Below are positions 13,543 through 25,744 of a stretch of DNA of 64,000 nt, piece after piece. Numbering within the stretch: position 1 is the stretch's first letter; every line of letters starts with the position of its first letter. Below the pieces are notes generated by a model that saw only the letters and a program-made list of their open reading frames with translations, did not search any database and had not been told where the DNA came from. Origin of the DNA: Marsupella aquatica (lineage: Eukaryota; Plantae; Marchantiophyta). A program made the translations under genes and the position numbers. Where the stretch lies: assembly GCA_973895155.1 (NCBI GenBank), contig OZ316899.1:11149575-11213574 (forward strand), read 5' to 3'.

Positions 13543-14616
13543 CTATTGCACATCATCAACCTCATCATATTCCATCTCCCCAGGTTCATCATATGTCTCT
13601 CTCAATGTTAAGGGGATGTAGTCAGTCCCTGCCCGAGTTGGAAGTACAGTCTCGTGACTAGGATGCTCGAATGCAGCATGGTCATCCAAACTGAACTCTA
13701 CTTTACTTCCATCCATCCGCCTGTTCCGTGCTTGGCTATGGCATACCACTCTCCAGCCATGTGAGTCCTCCACATCTGCAAAGAAAGCCTGTTCAACTTG
13801 GCTAGGGAAAACAAAAGGCTCAGACCATTCTGGTACTCTGGACCTAAAATTGGCCAACAAGAACCCATCATGATCACGCTTCATGGTGGCCCTTGGTCTC
13901 TGCCACTCTGATTTCACCCATGATCCCTTCATCAATATCACTGGGACACTTGTGTTACCATAATTCAACACCCAAATGTCGGTCAACTCCCCCACGTAAC
14001 CCATCTTCATCCACCCCCTCTGTTCTTCAGAGGTTCTCTGCTCAAACACATAAATCAAACCACAATCATATGATACACAATGGTCACCCTGCTCATCCCT
14101 CACTCAATAATGATTTCCATAAGCTCTCATCTGTTTGTAGGTCAGAAGAGACACTCGTAGTGGCACAAATAGCAGAAACAAATCTTTCTCCATATTTGGG
14201 TGATGTCTACTATGCTCTCAAATTGCCACCCAAATCCATTGCTTGAATGTTGGTAAGGGACCATCCTGTCCAAAGTGTGCAGCTTTTTGCATATCATATT
14301 CCCTGCAATATGAGGTTTGCATAGTTAGGTCTAAACAAGTCATGACAACCTAAGATCACGCTTGGAATAGACAAGAAGCATGACAACAAAGGCAAGTCAA
14401 TTCAATCACTTATTGCCACCAAGGTTGCATAGGCTTTGTGTTGGCCAGCACATATGAATGAGCCTTGTCTTGAATCGCAACAAACAGCTGCACAGGACAC
14501 CTTCAACAACCTCGCCACTCACTCCATCATCTTCACCAGATTGCCAAACTCTTGTCATAGCTTCACCAGATCCAGCCATGTACTCTTTTATAGCTTCACC
14601 AGATCCAGCCATGTAC
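13543..14616 (-). pseudogene. CACTA TnpD transposase C-terminal part, copy 2
   Basis: RVWQSGEDDGVSGEVVEG and AHSYVLANTKPMQPW (14410-14560), intron ~14304-14410, then DUF4216-like ORF 13543-14103. N-terminal catalytic region absent. Confidence 0.8.
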
Positions 14617-14738
14617 CCCAGCTGCTACTGATTCCACAAGCCAAGCATATGAAACCACAAACACATTATGGGACATGACATAAAAGCGAATGTCACCCTT
14701 CCCAAACTTGCGACAGGCTTTGGGATATGACTTAATAA
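14617..14738 (-). pseudogene. Tandem-BRCT reading frame, fragment 4 (end of BRCT repeat 2)
   Basis: Reads IIKSYPKACRKFGKGDIRFYVMSHNVFVVSYAWLVESVAAG in frame with 23768-23808 once MULE-1 and one TSD copy are removed; BRCT-type VV..WL.ES signature. Confidence 0.75.
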
Positions 14739-15019
14739 GGGGTTGTGTACTTCATCAGTTATCAGTGAGTTTCATCAGTGACTGATATCAGTCCAACACC
14801 GGAACTCAGCAAATCAGCTGAGATGAATTTTTTAGGGGCACAACCCAATCCACAACCCAATCGCAGTCCACGCCATTGTCGGTGCCTCTTTGAGGTTGGA
14901 TCGGGTACTTTACTTCGACCATTTCTTATGTCGGCTGCCTCTCTGACATTAAAGGAGAATATAAAGTTTCAATGTTGGCGGCCTCTATGAGATTACCTCA
15001 AATTTCAGTTGAATCTCAG

Positions 15020-17151
15020 CCATTTCTATCGGGGCCTGTGCACAATCTTTGTTTGTGAGCTGGTTTCAGAAGATAGTGCAACATTACAAACTGCATGGAA
15101 GGTCACGAGGAGGGTGTGTGGAGAACATGGGCTGAAGAATGTTGAATTTTGTGGCTTTATGGCTGATAATGCTGCTGCTAGGTGGAATGCAATCCGCAAT
15201 GAATTTTGGGATGGAAAGGTAAATACCCATAGAGAGAGGTCTGATGCGTTTCACTGGGCCCAATCAGTGGAGAGGGTGCAAAAGCACATTGTCCCATAGA
15301 AGAGATTTGAGCATAAGATTTGCTTCAACACGCCGACAACATAGTTCTTGCATTTTGAGTTTTTGAGAAGCTTAAGACGTGGTGGAGCGAGGGCAACGCG
15401 CTACCTAGAAAAGCGAAGGAGCTCACAACGTGGATGTCTTGGTGGATTGTTTGGTTTTCTCAATGGGGAAATTTTTTGAGACTCGTAAGTGTCTAATGCT
15501 TTTCCTCTATATGCATGAAATCCATCAAATCTTGGCGAAGCTTGCTGACATGGGGTCAGTTGAAGGGATGTTCAATTGGATGACCTCTGTCTATAATGCT
15601 TTCTGTCAAATATTGGCGAAGGTCGCCGAGATATGTTTCCAATTGTATTGACATTATTCTTGGAAATTGTAGGAGATGGACAGAGAAAAGGCTGCGCTTA
15701 TGCCTAACCACAACGGGGCAGAGTCGGTGCATGCGGTCATGTGGAAATGGTCCTCTAATAGAAAGGTTGGGTTAGTACAGTCCTGTAACTTAGATGCAAC
15801 TTGAGCATTGAGCCAGGTTGCATCTTTGGAGCACTACCAACACAGTGGGAGGAAAGGGCGGGGATCGAGCCTATTTGAACTCCGACTTCGAGACGCTACT
15901 GCTGTTGGGAATGTGGAATCTTTCTTTTCAAAATTGAACATAGTTATAACTCAACCAGAATTGTGTAAGTTCTCATCGGCGGACCCACTTAGTGGAGATG
16001 TAGAAACGGTTTCTATGAAGCGCGGGAAGGCCATTTTTGGCGCTCATGTGGTAGTAGAAGATTCACACAAGCCTGACATTGTTCTGGTAACAAGACCAAA
16101 GAAAAGGAAGTTCAAGGGGGTTGCAAACAGGGACGCAACCTTAAAAAGCACAGATCCTAAAGTTGTGGATCTGTCTTCCGATGACAGTAGTGGCTCGGGC
16201 GAGCCTGAAGTTGTCATTGTGGAACCTCTCCAACGGATGACAAGGTTAACCCCACGTCCGGAGCCCGTCAGAAGACATGTTCAGGAAACTGATTTGGTGC
16301 CAGGGACGTTATTTCTGGCCCGCATCTCAACATGTGGTAAGAGTCCCGGTTGTAGAGGTGCGTTCAAAGGCAAGGAATGGGGAGTATGTGCACGATTTAT
16401 TAGAGAGGCAGGATTGAAAGTGAGTGGATTGGGTGTTGCTGGTATTTGTTGGCTGGCGGGGAGTAAATTTAATGAACCAGGTGTTCCATATCCGTATTGG
16501 TTTTGCCCGAACAACCAGTGTTGCACAAAATCCTCTTTGCCTTTCATTACCGGCGTACTACCACCACTGCCTTCAAAGTTTCCGGTCTCTCGTGGTACTA
16601 ATCTTACAGAAGCAGAGGTTATTTTCCTGCACAACAATGGAGTGGATGTCATTTCTGGTGGCAATGTTATGAATGAGGTAGTGGGTGCTGGCGACATCAT
16701 CATGGATTTGAACACATACCCAGAGCGGCCAGATCCTACAAGGCCTGACGATCGTCGTACTCGCCGCAATGGCCAGGCAAGGCAAAGGAGGTCAGACCCC
16801 CCCAAGGATGCATTAGCACGTATCCAAAATGCTAAGACCGAGGCCATTGTGTGCACGTCAATGAGGAGAATTGAAACAGGGAATGCTACCGGCATAAGGC
16901 TCATGGTGAACAACACTAGCAGGGGGCAAACTTCAGTACATTGCGTCCAGATCTGTGTCTTCCCAAGTTGCTCCTGCAAGGATTTCATGTATAGGGAGTC
17001 GATGGGAAGAGCCTACTTCCCGTGCAAGCACTTGTACTGGTGCTTTGCAAACATCTGTAAAAGGGACATTGACACGGATCAATGTGTAAACCAACATATC
17101 TTGACTCTAACTAAGGTCTGCGGCCTTGTAGAAAATGCCAATATCGTCTGA
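15020..17151 (+). pseudogene. MULE transposase, 3' half (DDE region plus SWIM zinc finger)
   Basis: GFMADNAAA.WNAIR...ERSDAFHW; intron ~15485-15672; C-terminal SWIM CSCKDF...PCKHLYW. 5' half deleted (homology to MULE-2 starts at ~39250). Confidence 0.85.
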
Positions 17152-17187
17152 CATTGTATGTCGGCGACCCTCGCTGACATTGTCTCC

Positions 17188-17334
17188 GAGGAAGCGGACT
17201 GTTATCTGTTGATATATGGTGTTCAGCAAGAACGAGTAGATGCTTGGAAAAGGACTCGTCTTGATAATTGGTACACTGAGCAGGTTCAGGAAAGACTTGA
17301 TCAAGGTGTAAGTGTCAATCGTGACAACTTTTAG
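17188..17334 (+). pseudogene. 3' fragment of F-box-motif gene A
   Basis: Matches 43143-43289 (EEADCYL.IYGVQQERVDAWKRTRLDNWY.EQVQERLDQGV); 5' part deleted. Confidence 0.75.
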
Positions 17335-17517
17335 GTGCACTTCATGTCATTATCGGTTTAGTTTATAGAATACGCAGGAGTACGCCACACCTGGTTCAGA
17401 TTTAGAGATCATGGACTAATTTTGTACGACTTTTTTGAGTAATAAAATACTTGGCGACATGAGATCCTTCCTATCTTTCACTATCAATTCTTGGCGAGGG
17501 TCTTCGACATTTGGACT

Positions 17518-17551
17518 GTTTAGGGTTTAGGGTTTACCCTAAACCCTAAAC
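17518..17551. promoter_or_regulatory. Head-to-head telo-box palindrome
   Basis: GTTTAGGGTTTAGGGT-TT-ACCCTAAACCCTAAAC, perfect 16-bp arms; TGGGCC site-II-like motif ~15 bp downstream. Function inferred. Confidence 0.6.
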
Positions 17552-18143
17552 ACGTACCCCCTATACTGGGCCGTAAATCCTAGACCCTTGCGTACTTCCC
17601 TTGCATACTGTCTTGTTTGGTCCGTTAAGAAGATGTACGTTGTCAAGTATAGTTGGGATGTCCCGTATCCATGACGTAGTTTTGTGCGGTGCGGTATGTG
17701 CGGTACGTGCGGTATGTGCTCCCTTCTTCCTTCCTCTTCCTCTTCCTCTTCCTCTTCACTCTTTGTTAGGGTTTTCAACGTCTTTTTCACTTATCCCTGC
17801 GCTTGGTTTAATTTCTACACTTTGACATTCATTGCACTAGGCATAAATCACATCGTTGTTCATTGCTTAGGGAGAGCCTCCCCATGAAGGCAGACGTTCT
17901 ACGCCCGTTGCGCGACCGGCGCGCAGCCCCTATAGGGTCAAGATCAACCCGCAGACTTCGCAGGTGGAGACCGTCAAAACCAATATGTCAATGTTGTTGT
18001 CATTATAAAGAGGAGGACCCTAAACTTTCTCTATTCTTGATCCGCTTGTTCAGTTGGTTGGTTATTGTGTTCAATCTATTGGGTGTCGTCTTCATCTCAC
18101 GGGTGCTTCAAGCGGCTAAACTTGCTTCAAGCGGCTCTCCAAC

Positions 18144-18851
18144 ATGGAAGGATCATACACAAAGAGGCGTTATCATGAAAAGTGCGCTACATGCCTTGAT
18201 AAGTTTATGACGACAATTACTGAGTTGAAATTGAAAGCTGATTTTGATCGGCTCTCAGTATGGGGGACTGGGGAGCCTATTCCAAAGGAAGCAGAAGAAG
18301 CAAAAAGGCAGAGTCTCATACTTGGCCTCCCGGATATGCTGATAGAGGGACATGTTTGGCCTCTACTTAGAAATACATTTGAGTCTGCAAATGCACATGG
18401 CACTGATGATGATGCTACCTTCAAGACGATCAATAACATGCGCATATTGTCCAGAGTTAGTAGGAAATGGAGATTCCTCGTGACTCACTCCAAGGGATGG
18501 ACAGCGTTAAAAGTGGTGAAGGGTGTCATTGAAAACATGGACGACAACCGACATTGGAATCGTCACTCAACCGCGTGTACGTTCTGTGTTCTCTTACGTC
18601 AAATTCTGCCTATTGATGCCCTCTCTATGATGTCAGTTACATCACTCAAGTCTTGGGTGGCAAACTACGTTTGGAGGACGGAGATATATGAGAGGGATCT
18701 GTATGATAAGTTCTTCGACGGAGATGTGCTAGGAAGAGTCCAGGAATGGGTGGAGAATAGGTTAACCCCAATCTTATGGTGTGACAATGTAGAAAAATTG
18801 CCGAGCAACAATCCAGACAGTGGCTACGGGCTTTATTCTAGTGATATTTGA
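18144..18851 (+). CDS. F-box-motif protein B (MULE cargo, 235 aa, intact ORF)
   Basis: SLILGLPDMLIEGHVWPLL...LSRVSRKWRFLV resembles the plant F-box consensus (LIPGLPDD...L..VSRRWR.L) with an insertion; paralogous to 22196-22922. Confidence 0.65.
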   Translation: MEGSYTKRRYHEKCATCLDKFMTTITELKLKADFDRLSVWGTGEPIPKEAEEAKRQSLILGLPDMLIEGHVWPLLRNTFESANAHGTDDDATFKTINNMRILSRVSRKWRFLVTHSKGWTALKVVKGVIENMDDNRHWNRHSTACTFCVLLRQILPIDALSMMSVTSLKSWVANYVWRTEIYERDLYDKFFDGDVLGRVQEWVENRLTPILWCDNVEKLPSNNPDSGYGLYSSDI

Positions 18852-19149
18852 CTGTGAAGGCATAGGAGGTCATCGCGGATAGCATTGTTGATAGGGTCCA
18901 CTGGCCACTAGGTCATGTCATGACTTGAACTCATCACGTAGTAATGAGGTCAGGGCTAGCATCATGGACTACTTTTGTACAATATTTTTCAATAATAAAA
19001 AAGCTTACGTTATCACACTATTGGTGTGGTCTTTTTTCCCTCCTGGCGGCCTCGCCGACATCCAAACGGCACCATTGGAATTTGGCGAGGGTCTCCGAGA
19101 TGTAACATTCCTGAACGCTACTCACCTTGGAGACATTTGCCATTTGTCG

Positions 19150-19600
19150 GATCTGAGCGACCCTCGCCAAAATGGCACTGAAACCAGATGTCAGTGACCC
19201 TCGCCGAAATGGCACTGAAACCGGATGTCAGCGACCCTCGCCAAAATGGCACTAAAAATGGATGTCAACGACCCTCGCCAAAATGGCACTGAAACTGGAT
19301 GTCAACGACCCTCGCCGGAATGGCACTAAAACCGGATGTCAGCGACCCTCGCCAGAATGGCACTGAAACTGGATGTTAGCGACCCTCGCCAAAATGGCAC
19401 TAAAACCAAATGTCAACGACCCTCGCCGAAATGGCACTGAAACCGGATGTCAGCGACCCTCGCCGGAATGGCACTGAAATTGGATGTCAGCGACCCTCGC
19501 CGAAATGGCACTGAAACTGGATGTCAGCAACCCTCGCCGAAATGGCACTAAAAGCGGAATGCAACTTCCCAATCGAATGTCTACGATCCTCGCCAAAATT
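19150..19600. repeat. 37-bp tandem array, ~11 units, each carrying the MULE palindrome
   Basis: Unit ATGTCAGCGACCCTCGCCGAAATGGCACTGAAACCGG; GACCCTCGCC recurs at 19159, 19196, 19233 and onward. Confidence 0.92.
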
Positions 19601-20210
19601 GCACTTACCAAGGAAAAGTAAGAAACCGGATCTCAGAGACCCTCGCCAAAATGGAACTTAGGATCATAATCTTGACTGTTGCCGAGTGAGAGAACCGCCA
19701 GATCTCGGAGACCCTCTCCGAGATCTACTTACACCCTAAACTGTTTGTCGTCAAACTAACAAAGAAGTCATTGGCCTTTGATCTCAGAGATCCTCACCAA
19801 AATGGGCTTACGTAGCTCGTACAGTGCCAAAAACTAATCCTGACAGTCTTGACCGTCAGGTCAAATCAACATTAACTCATTTGTTGGCCAAGCCTGGAGT
19901 GTGTGTGAAAAGACATGTACCCGTTATTACGAGCGGACGTTGTTGTCCCTTCAACCGTCTAGGGATAGGATACCAATAGTTGCTGGATTTTTAGTGGCGA
20001 TGATGATGATTGTCTTGTACGTTGTAGGTCACCTCAACACGGACTAGATAGCGTTGACGGAAAGTGACATGCATGTGAATAGACATGTACCCGTTATACG
20101 TACACCGATTGCTTCCATTACCCAATCCCGGTTAGTACATATTTGGTGTGATATTCGAGTGGGCGTTCGGTATATGATGTGAATCAGTCATTCCATCCAG
20201 ACTCATTCTT

Positions 20211-21035
20211 ATGAAAGTCCTTGGTAAATATGGCGCGAACAAAGATGGAGGTGAAGGCAATGTGGCAACGCGGTGCGCCCTCCAATTTTCACCTTCTTTT
20301 TCATCAGGGCACAGCACCATGGTCAGAGTGGAGTCTGTGATCGGTGTCCAAGACAGGCACACACCTACTGTCTCCGCCGTTTTGGGCGTCGTCCCACATA
20401 AGAGGAAACGAGGTCGGCCGAGGAAGCATCCCATCGTAATGTCGATAGCGTTACCTGATAATGAAGCTCCTTGGCTCTTAACAGAGAAGAGAAAACGAGG
20501 TTGGCCGAGGAAACATCCCATCGTAATGTCAATAGCGTTACCTGATAATGAAGCTCCTTGGCTCTTGACAGAGAAGAGGAAACGAGATCGCCCCAGGAAG
20601 CATCCTATTGCAATGGCTACCACACTGCCAGACGGTGATGGTGAAGCTCCTCGTCTGTTGAGATCTCCAGATAATTGCAAGGCTGTTGGTGATGCAAACA
20701 AAATGAATGAGAAGTTGAAGATGCCCATAGACGGTGCGGCTAAGTTCCACGGTCGTGACAACACAACCAGCCACAAGGACTCGCCCAATGCCGAGTGTTT
20801 GAAATATGCTGATGTTGACTTTGTGTTTGCTAAGGAGTTGCTGAAGAGTTTGGATGCGGAGATCGTGGACAGCAAGTCAGACTTCCAGAAGCTTATGAGC
20901 CTTCATGTAGATGTGTAGGCTAGGCTATCTGAGATGTGTGACAATGTCCAGAATCTATGGGTAAAAATGAATGACCTCCTCTCGGCAAGAGATGAATTGG
21001 GGGCGTTCACTGGAGTGAATGTACGAAAAACATGA
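20211..21035 (+). pseudogene. AT-hook / coiled-coil protein (MULE cargo)
   Basis: Three 30-aa repeats with KRKRGRPRKHP, KRKRGWPRKHP and KRKRDRPRKHP; frame continues past a TAG at 20916 (likely CAG>TAG) through a heptad region to TGA at 21033. Start may be ATG 20319. Confidence 0.65.
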
Positions 21036-22195
21036 ATTTCGTGTACACATTTACTTGTAGGAAATAGCAGAACGTTGTAGCCTCAAAATTTTGATACATT
21101 TAGGTAGTTACTGAATCGTTCGTCGGTAATGATTTTATGGAGTGTCAAATTAAACTGGACGATGATAGTAGAAATTCGTCTAATCGGTTGTGTAATCCAA
21201 ATCTTATGAAACATTTTGTGCAGATTAGGCAGCTTAGTTATACATTACTAAATCTGTCGTGGTAAAGTCGACGACCCTCACCGAGAGCATTTTCCAAGGC
21301 TTAACAAGTAGGAGTAACAGTCTCTTGACGATGTCTTCTCGGCGAGCATCGCCATGACAATGAATTCATGCTACCTTTTCTTATAAGCTCTCTTATTGGG
21401 CAAACATCTTGATCTTTTGGTGGTCGCAACTGATCCCAAGGATTCTACACTGCATCACAATTCTTGTTGATTACTTCTTTCAAGGCTGGCACCACCAGCA
21501 GCCACGTAGTAGTATCTCAATGATGTCTTCTTGGCGAGCATCACCGAGGAATGACAATATATGGGTTGTAAAATGTTTTTCTAGTAAACATCATGTCGAC
21601 CTTATGTCGGCGACCTCTTTGACATTCTGACTATAAAAAAACATTGTAGTTGACATGCAGGTAAGTGTTAAGCGTGATGAGCAATGGCTGATATCAGTGA
21701 CTTATAGGCAACCATAGTTAGGATTGCTAGGAGTAGATCTTTGACATTTTGACTATGGTCGACCTTATCAGTGATTGCTAGGAGCAGATGAACTATGTTA
21801 GTGACCTCTTCAACATACATAGCAGTACACAATTGTCCTTCTCATGTTGGCGAGAGTCTCTGAGATGTGTCTTGGAGAGGTCGTTTACCATCACTTTTGT
21901 CCTCGTGAAGTCGGCCAGAGTCTCTAAGATAAGTCTACTATATTGTGTTGACAAATTGGCGGGCACAATCCGCAAAATCTCAGAGACCCTCTCTGAGATG
22001 GATAACATATAGGAGACCCCATAATATATCGAATAGTCCCATAATATTTAGACAATGTTTTTTTAGTTCATCTGCTCCTAGCAAGAAAACCATAAGCTTT
22101 GGGAAAAATGTGTGAGGTCAATCATCCATATCACTATTCACTCTTTGGTTGCCTTATTATGGAGGACTCCACTTGACACTATTCTCTTGTTCAAC

Positions 22196-22922
22196 ATGGA
22201 AGGATCCAATGCGCAGAGGTGTTATCATGAGAAGTGCGCTGCACGGCTTGAGAAGTTCAGGACGACCATTACTGAGCTGAAATTGATAGCTCTTTCCAAT
22301 AAGTTGTCAATATGGAGTTCTCCCGGGAGTTTGGGGGGAGCCTATGCATTATCCATTGCGCAGTCAGGAAGCCCAAAAGCAGAGTCTCATCCCTGGCCTC
22401 CCAGATGATCTGACGGAGGGACACATTTGGCCTCTACTTCAAAACAAATTTGAATGTGCAAATGCTCATGGCTCAGATGATAATGCTACATTCAACGCAA
22501 TCAACAACATGCGTGTATTGTCAAGAGTTAGTAGGAAATGGAGATTCCTAATGACTCATTCGAAGGGATGGGCAGCCATAAAAGTGTTGTTGGACATTGT
22601 TGAAAACATATCTGAAAATCAACATTGGACTCGACACTCAACCGCATCCACGTTTCGAGTCCTCTTGCGTCAAATTCCTCCTATTGATGCCCTCGCGATG
22701 ATGTCACCTATATCATCGAAGTCTTGGGTGGCATATTATGTTTGGAGGACAGAGAGATATGAGAGGGATCTGTATGACAGTTTCTTTGACGAGGATGAGC
22801 TTGGAAGGGTCAAGCTATGGGTGGAGAACAGGCTACACACATTGTTGTGGTGTAACGATGTAGCGAGTTGGGAGAGCAACAATCCTGATAGTGGGTACGG
22901 GCTTCATAGTGATGACATTTGA
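22196..22922 (+). pseudogene. F-box-motif protein C (frameshift near 22330-22365)
   Basis: MEGSNAQRCYHEKCA... then SLIPGLPDDLTEGHIWPLL...LSRVSRKWRFL; colinear with 18144-18851. Confidence 0.7.
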
Positions 22923-23758
22923 TCATTTAGGGTTTAGATCAGCCGCCATTGTTGGTTTAGGTTTAGTTTAGAAGAATTTATCCTCACCCCTGATAGTTTT
23001 GGTTCAGATTTTGTAACATGGACAAATTTTGTATGAGTTTGTGATTAATAAATTACTTGACATTTGCACGACAAACATGTTTGGCACGGTGTTTTTTCAA
23101 TGTCGGCTACCTCGCCGACTTGCAGAACTCAGCTTGGGTCTCTGAGATGAATCTTGGTCAGATCTCGGCGGCCTTCTCCAAGATATACTGGCGTACGTCA
23201 AATCGCTAGATGTACGTCAGATCGCCAATGTTGACCACCTTGTCGACATGCAAAACTTGGCGAGGGTCTCTAAGATGATTCTCGGCCAGATCTCGGCGGC
23301 CTTCTCCAAGATATGCTGGCGTACGTCAGATTGCTGGACATACGTCAGATCACCAATGACATGCAACACTCGGCGAGGGTCTCTGACACATTTTGCGGTT
23401 TTGAGCAGGCAGCTTAGTTTTGAGCAGGCAGCTTCGTGAAGTTGGCGACCCTCGCCGAGATCTTTTCCCAACACAAAACAGCCAAGCGTAGCGTCTAACC
23501 CACCAAGGAGAGACAATGTATGAAGTTTCCAAAACAATTATAGTAAAGATCAAGTTGGCAGTCTCGCTGACATTCTAATTTGGTCGCATTAATGTGTACG
23601 GAAAGGACATATTGGGTCCGCTTGAATGATTTTATGATGTTGGCGAGTACGCCGACATATCCTTGCCAATGTCAGAGACCTCGCCCACATCCCCTCACTA
23701 TGGACCCTTCACTGATATCAGTTATCAGTCACTGATAACTGATGATGTTACCTATCTC

Positions 23759-23808
23759 ACTTAATAATGACATGAGTGGTGTCCTCTGTTATATTCTTCG
23801 TCACTATC
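23759..23808 (-). pseudogene. Tandem-BRCT reading frame, fragment 3 (between the two MULEs)
   Basis: Encodes KNITEDTTHVIIK (BRCT TH motif) in frame with both neighbouring fragments. Confidence 0.75.
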
Positions 23809-23931
23809 GAGGTACACAAATTCATCAGTTATCAGTGACTTTCATTAGTCACTGATATCAGTCTGTGCCCGAAACTCAACGACGCCGCCGACATGGACTT
23901 AATTCACACCCACAATCAAACCCTATGTCCA

Positions 23932-25424
23932 AGTGGTGGACCTTACCACCCAGCACCCTCACCAATCCCAACACTTGCGCCTAAGTGCCCTTGGTGCCCG
24001 AACGCCTCCACGAAATACCTCGAGCAAGCATCCAAGTGCCTCTAGCACCACCTGCGGCCACTCCCATACGAAGCCGCACTTGCTCACCTACACGACCGCT
24101 ACTCAACGGTCCTCATTGCCTGCACAAGCAACCAAACACCTTGGTAAGTAACCCCTCCGGATCTAGAACTCGCCCAATCTAGCATCCTAACTCAAGCTCA
24201 ACAGACGTTGGTAAATAGGTCAACGATAGGTCCTCCCGATGCCATAAGCTGGAACCAGAACCCACGCCCACTATCCGTCCAGGGTAGCTCCTTCCTTGGG
24301 TGCGGCCCGGGTTCCCCCTCGTACCTATCCATCACCAACTGACCGCCCTGACCTCAGGACATGCTCATGGCCCAAATAGCGTAGCTTGTCCTAAAGCTTG
24401 TCCCAAGCTTGTCTCAACACGTCGGGACCAGAACGGCCCCGAGTCTAACACCGACTCCCGTTTTGCCCCATTGACGGTCTAGGGACCGAGCGCCTTGGGA
24501 CTCAGCCTCCATACCTACTTGGCCTTGCCTCCCCAACGCAAGCTCCCTTGGGAGGCTGAACGCGGCTTGGCTGCTGTTCGGCAGGATTTGGCAAATGGGC
24601 GAGCTAACACCCACAAACCACGAGAACCCATGGCACCCCCAGACCCAGCTGAGCTCAGAAGGGCGTAGCCCTCTTCAAGAGCTTTCCAACGCACCTAAGA
24701 AGTCCTCCAACGGACTTCCCGTTGGGAAGATATCGTCATTTCTGTTTGGCGGTTTCTCTTAGTGTCGCGACCGCCGCGGCTCACGACTTTGGCTCGCCCT
24801 TAGCCCCCAGGGAGACACCACTCCCCTCATATATGCTTTTGGGGACCTGCCACCCCCGGACAAACTTTGGTCCCTAAACATTTGGCCCCCAACCCGGATC
24901 CCATCGCGCATAATGGGCGCGCCACCAACTGGCAACGCCCATAACTTTCTTGATAGGTATCCGCAAGCGAAGTGCCTTAGCCCGTTGTGACCGAGCCGAC
25001 CCAGTGCTCATGCCTAGGCCCTCAGGTCTGATCGCCGCTCGGGGCCCCCAACCGGCCCAACCCGGATCGGGCCACAACTTGCGCCCCAAGCGTCCGTTGC
25101 CAATGGCAACAACTCCATTGGCCTTGGGCCCAAGAGGAGCTCACTCCCGAGCCCTTAGAACTCAAAGCCCATCCGATGGTCCGGATGGGCATCCTTGAGC
25201 CCGGCCCATTTCCCCTTGACCCGACCAGCCATAGACTAGTCCAAGTCCTTAGTTTGTGTCCCCAGCTTGGCCCCTTGCCTCGCCAGTGCCACGTCTCATT
25301 GCCCACGAGTCTCCCCATGCTAAGTCCTCCCTAGATGGCCTATCCGGGCCTGGACCGTAAGGGAGCTCGGCGTCGGAGTCAGCGTCGCCTGAGCTAAGTG
25401 TTAAGGTAGTTGAGTTCTGCGACT
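23932..25424 (-). mobile_element. Solo-LTR-like insertion with AGT...ACT termini, copy 1 (~1.49 kb)
   Basis: Colinear with 44550-45481 plus 46988-47546; TATA-like CATATATG near 24830; no clean TSD at this copy. Confidence 0.7.
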
Positions 25425-25744
25425 ATCGGCGTCCACTTCGACATTGTTTTGGTTCGGACAATTAGTAATGTCGGCTGCCTCTTTGACCATCTTGGTGCCC
25501 TTTCTAACCATCTTGGCGTCCTCTCTGAGATATCCTTGGAGTGTTGTTCCATCTCGGCTGAGCTCGCCAAGATGAAAACATACCCAGCAAAGTGTACAAC
25601 ATAGTATATCAAATAGGAGCCACATTAAGAACATTTAGATGACACCCTTTTTATTAAGCTTTGTACCAAACTTTACAACGATGTTGTCTATCTCAATTTT
25701 CTGAACTAAATTCCACTAGGCTGCGTCTCCATCTTCCATCCTCT

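Larger units (their letters stand above)
9342..14616 (-). mobile_element. CACTA (En/Spm) DNA transposon, copy 2, nested in copy 1
   Basis: Second CACTAGTAGAAACCGGG terminus at 9342; same gene order as copy 1 and continues past the point (ATGGTCACCCT) where copy 1 is cut. Other terminus not seen. Confidence 0.88.
14739..23758 (+). mobile_element. MULE-1: Mutator-like element, internally deleted, carrying cargo genes
   Basis: Perfect 9-bp TSD ACTTAATAA (14730-14738, 23759-23767); G...C termini with inverted TCATCAGTTATCAGTGA...CTGATATCAGT blocks; MULE transposase remnant; right end nearly identical to MULE-2. Confidence 0.93.

Noticed and set aside
19150-19800. CRISPR-like array of palindromic repeats (also 26960-27770 and 29723-29962)
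   Set aside because: The sequence between palindromes is itself repeated rather than unique, no cas genes are present, and the context is eukaryotic with introns. These are tandem repeats.
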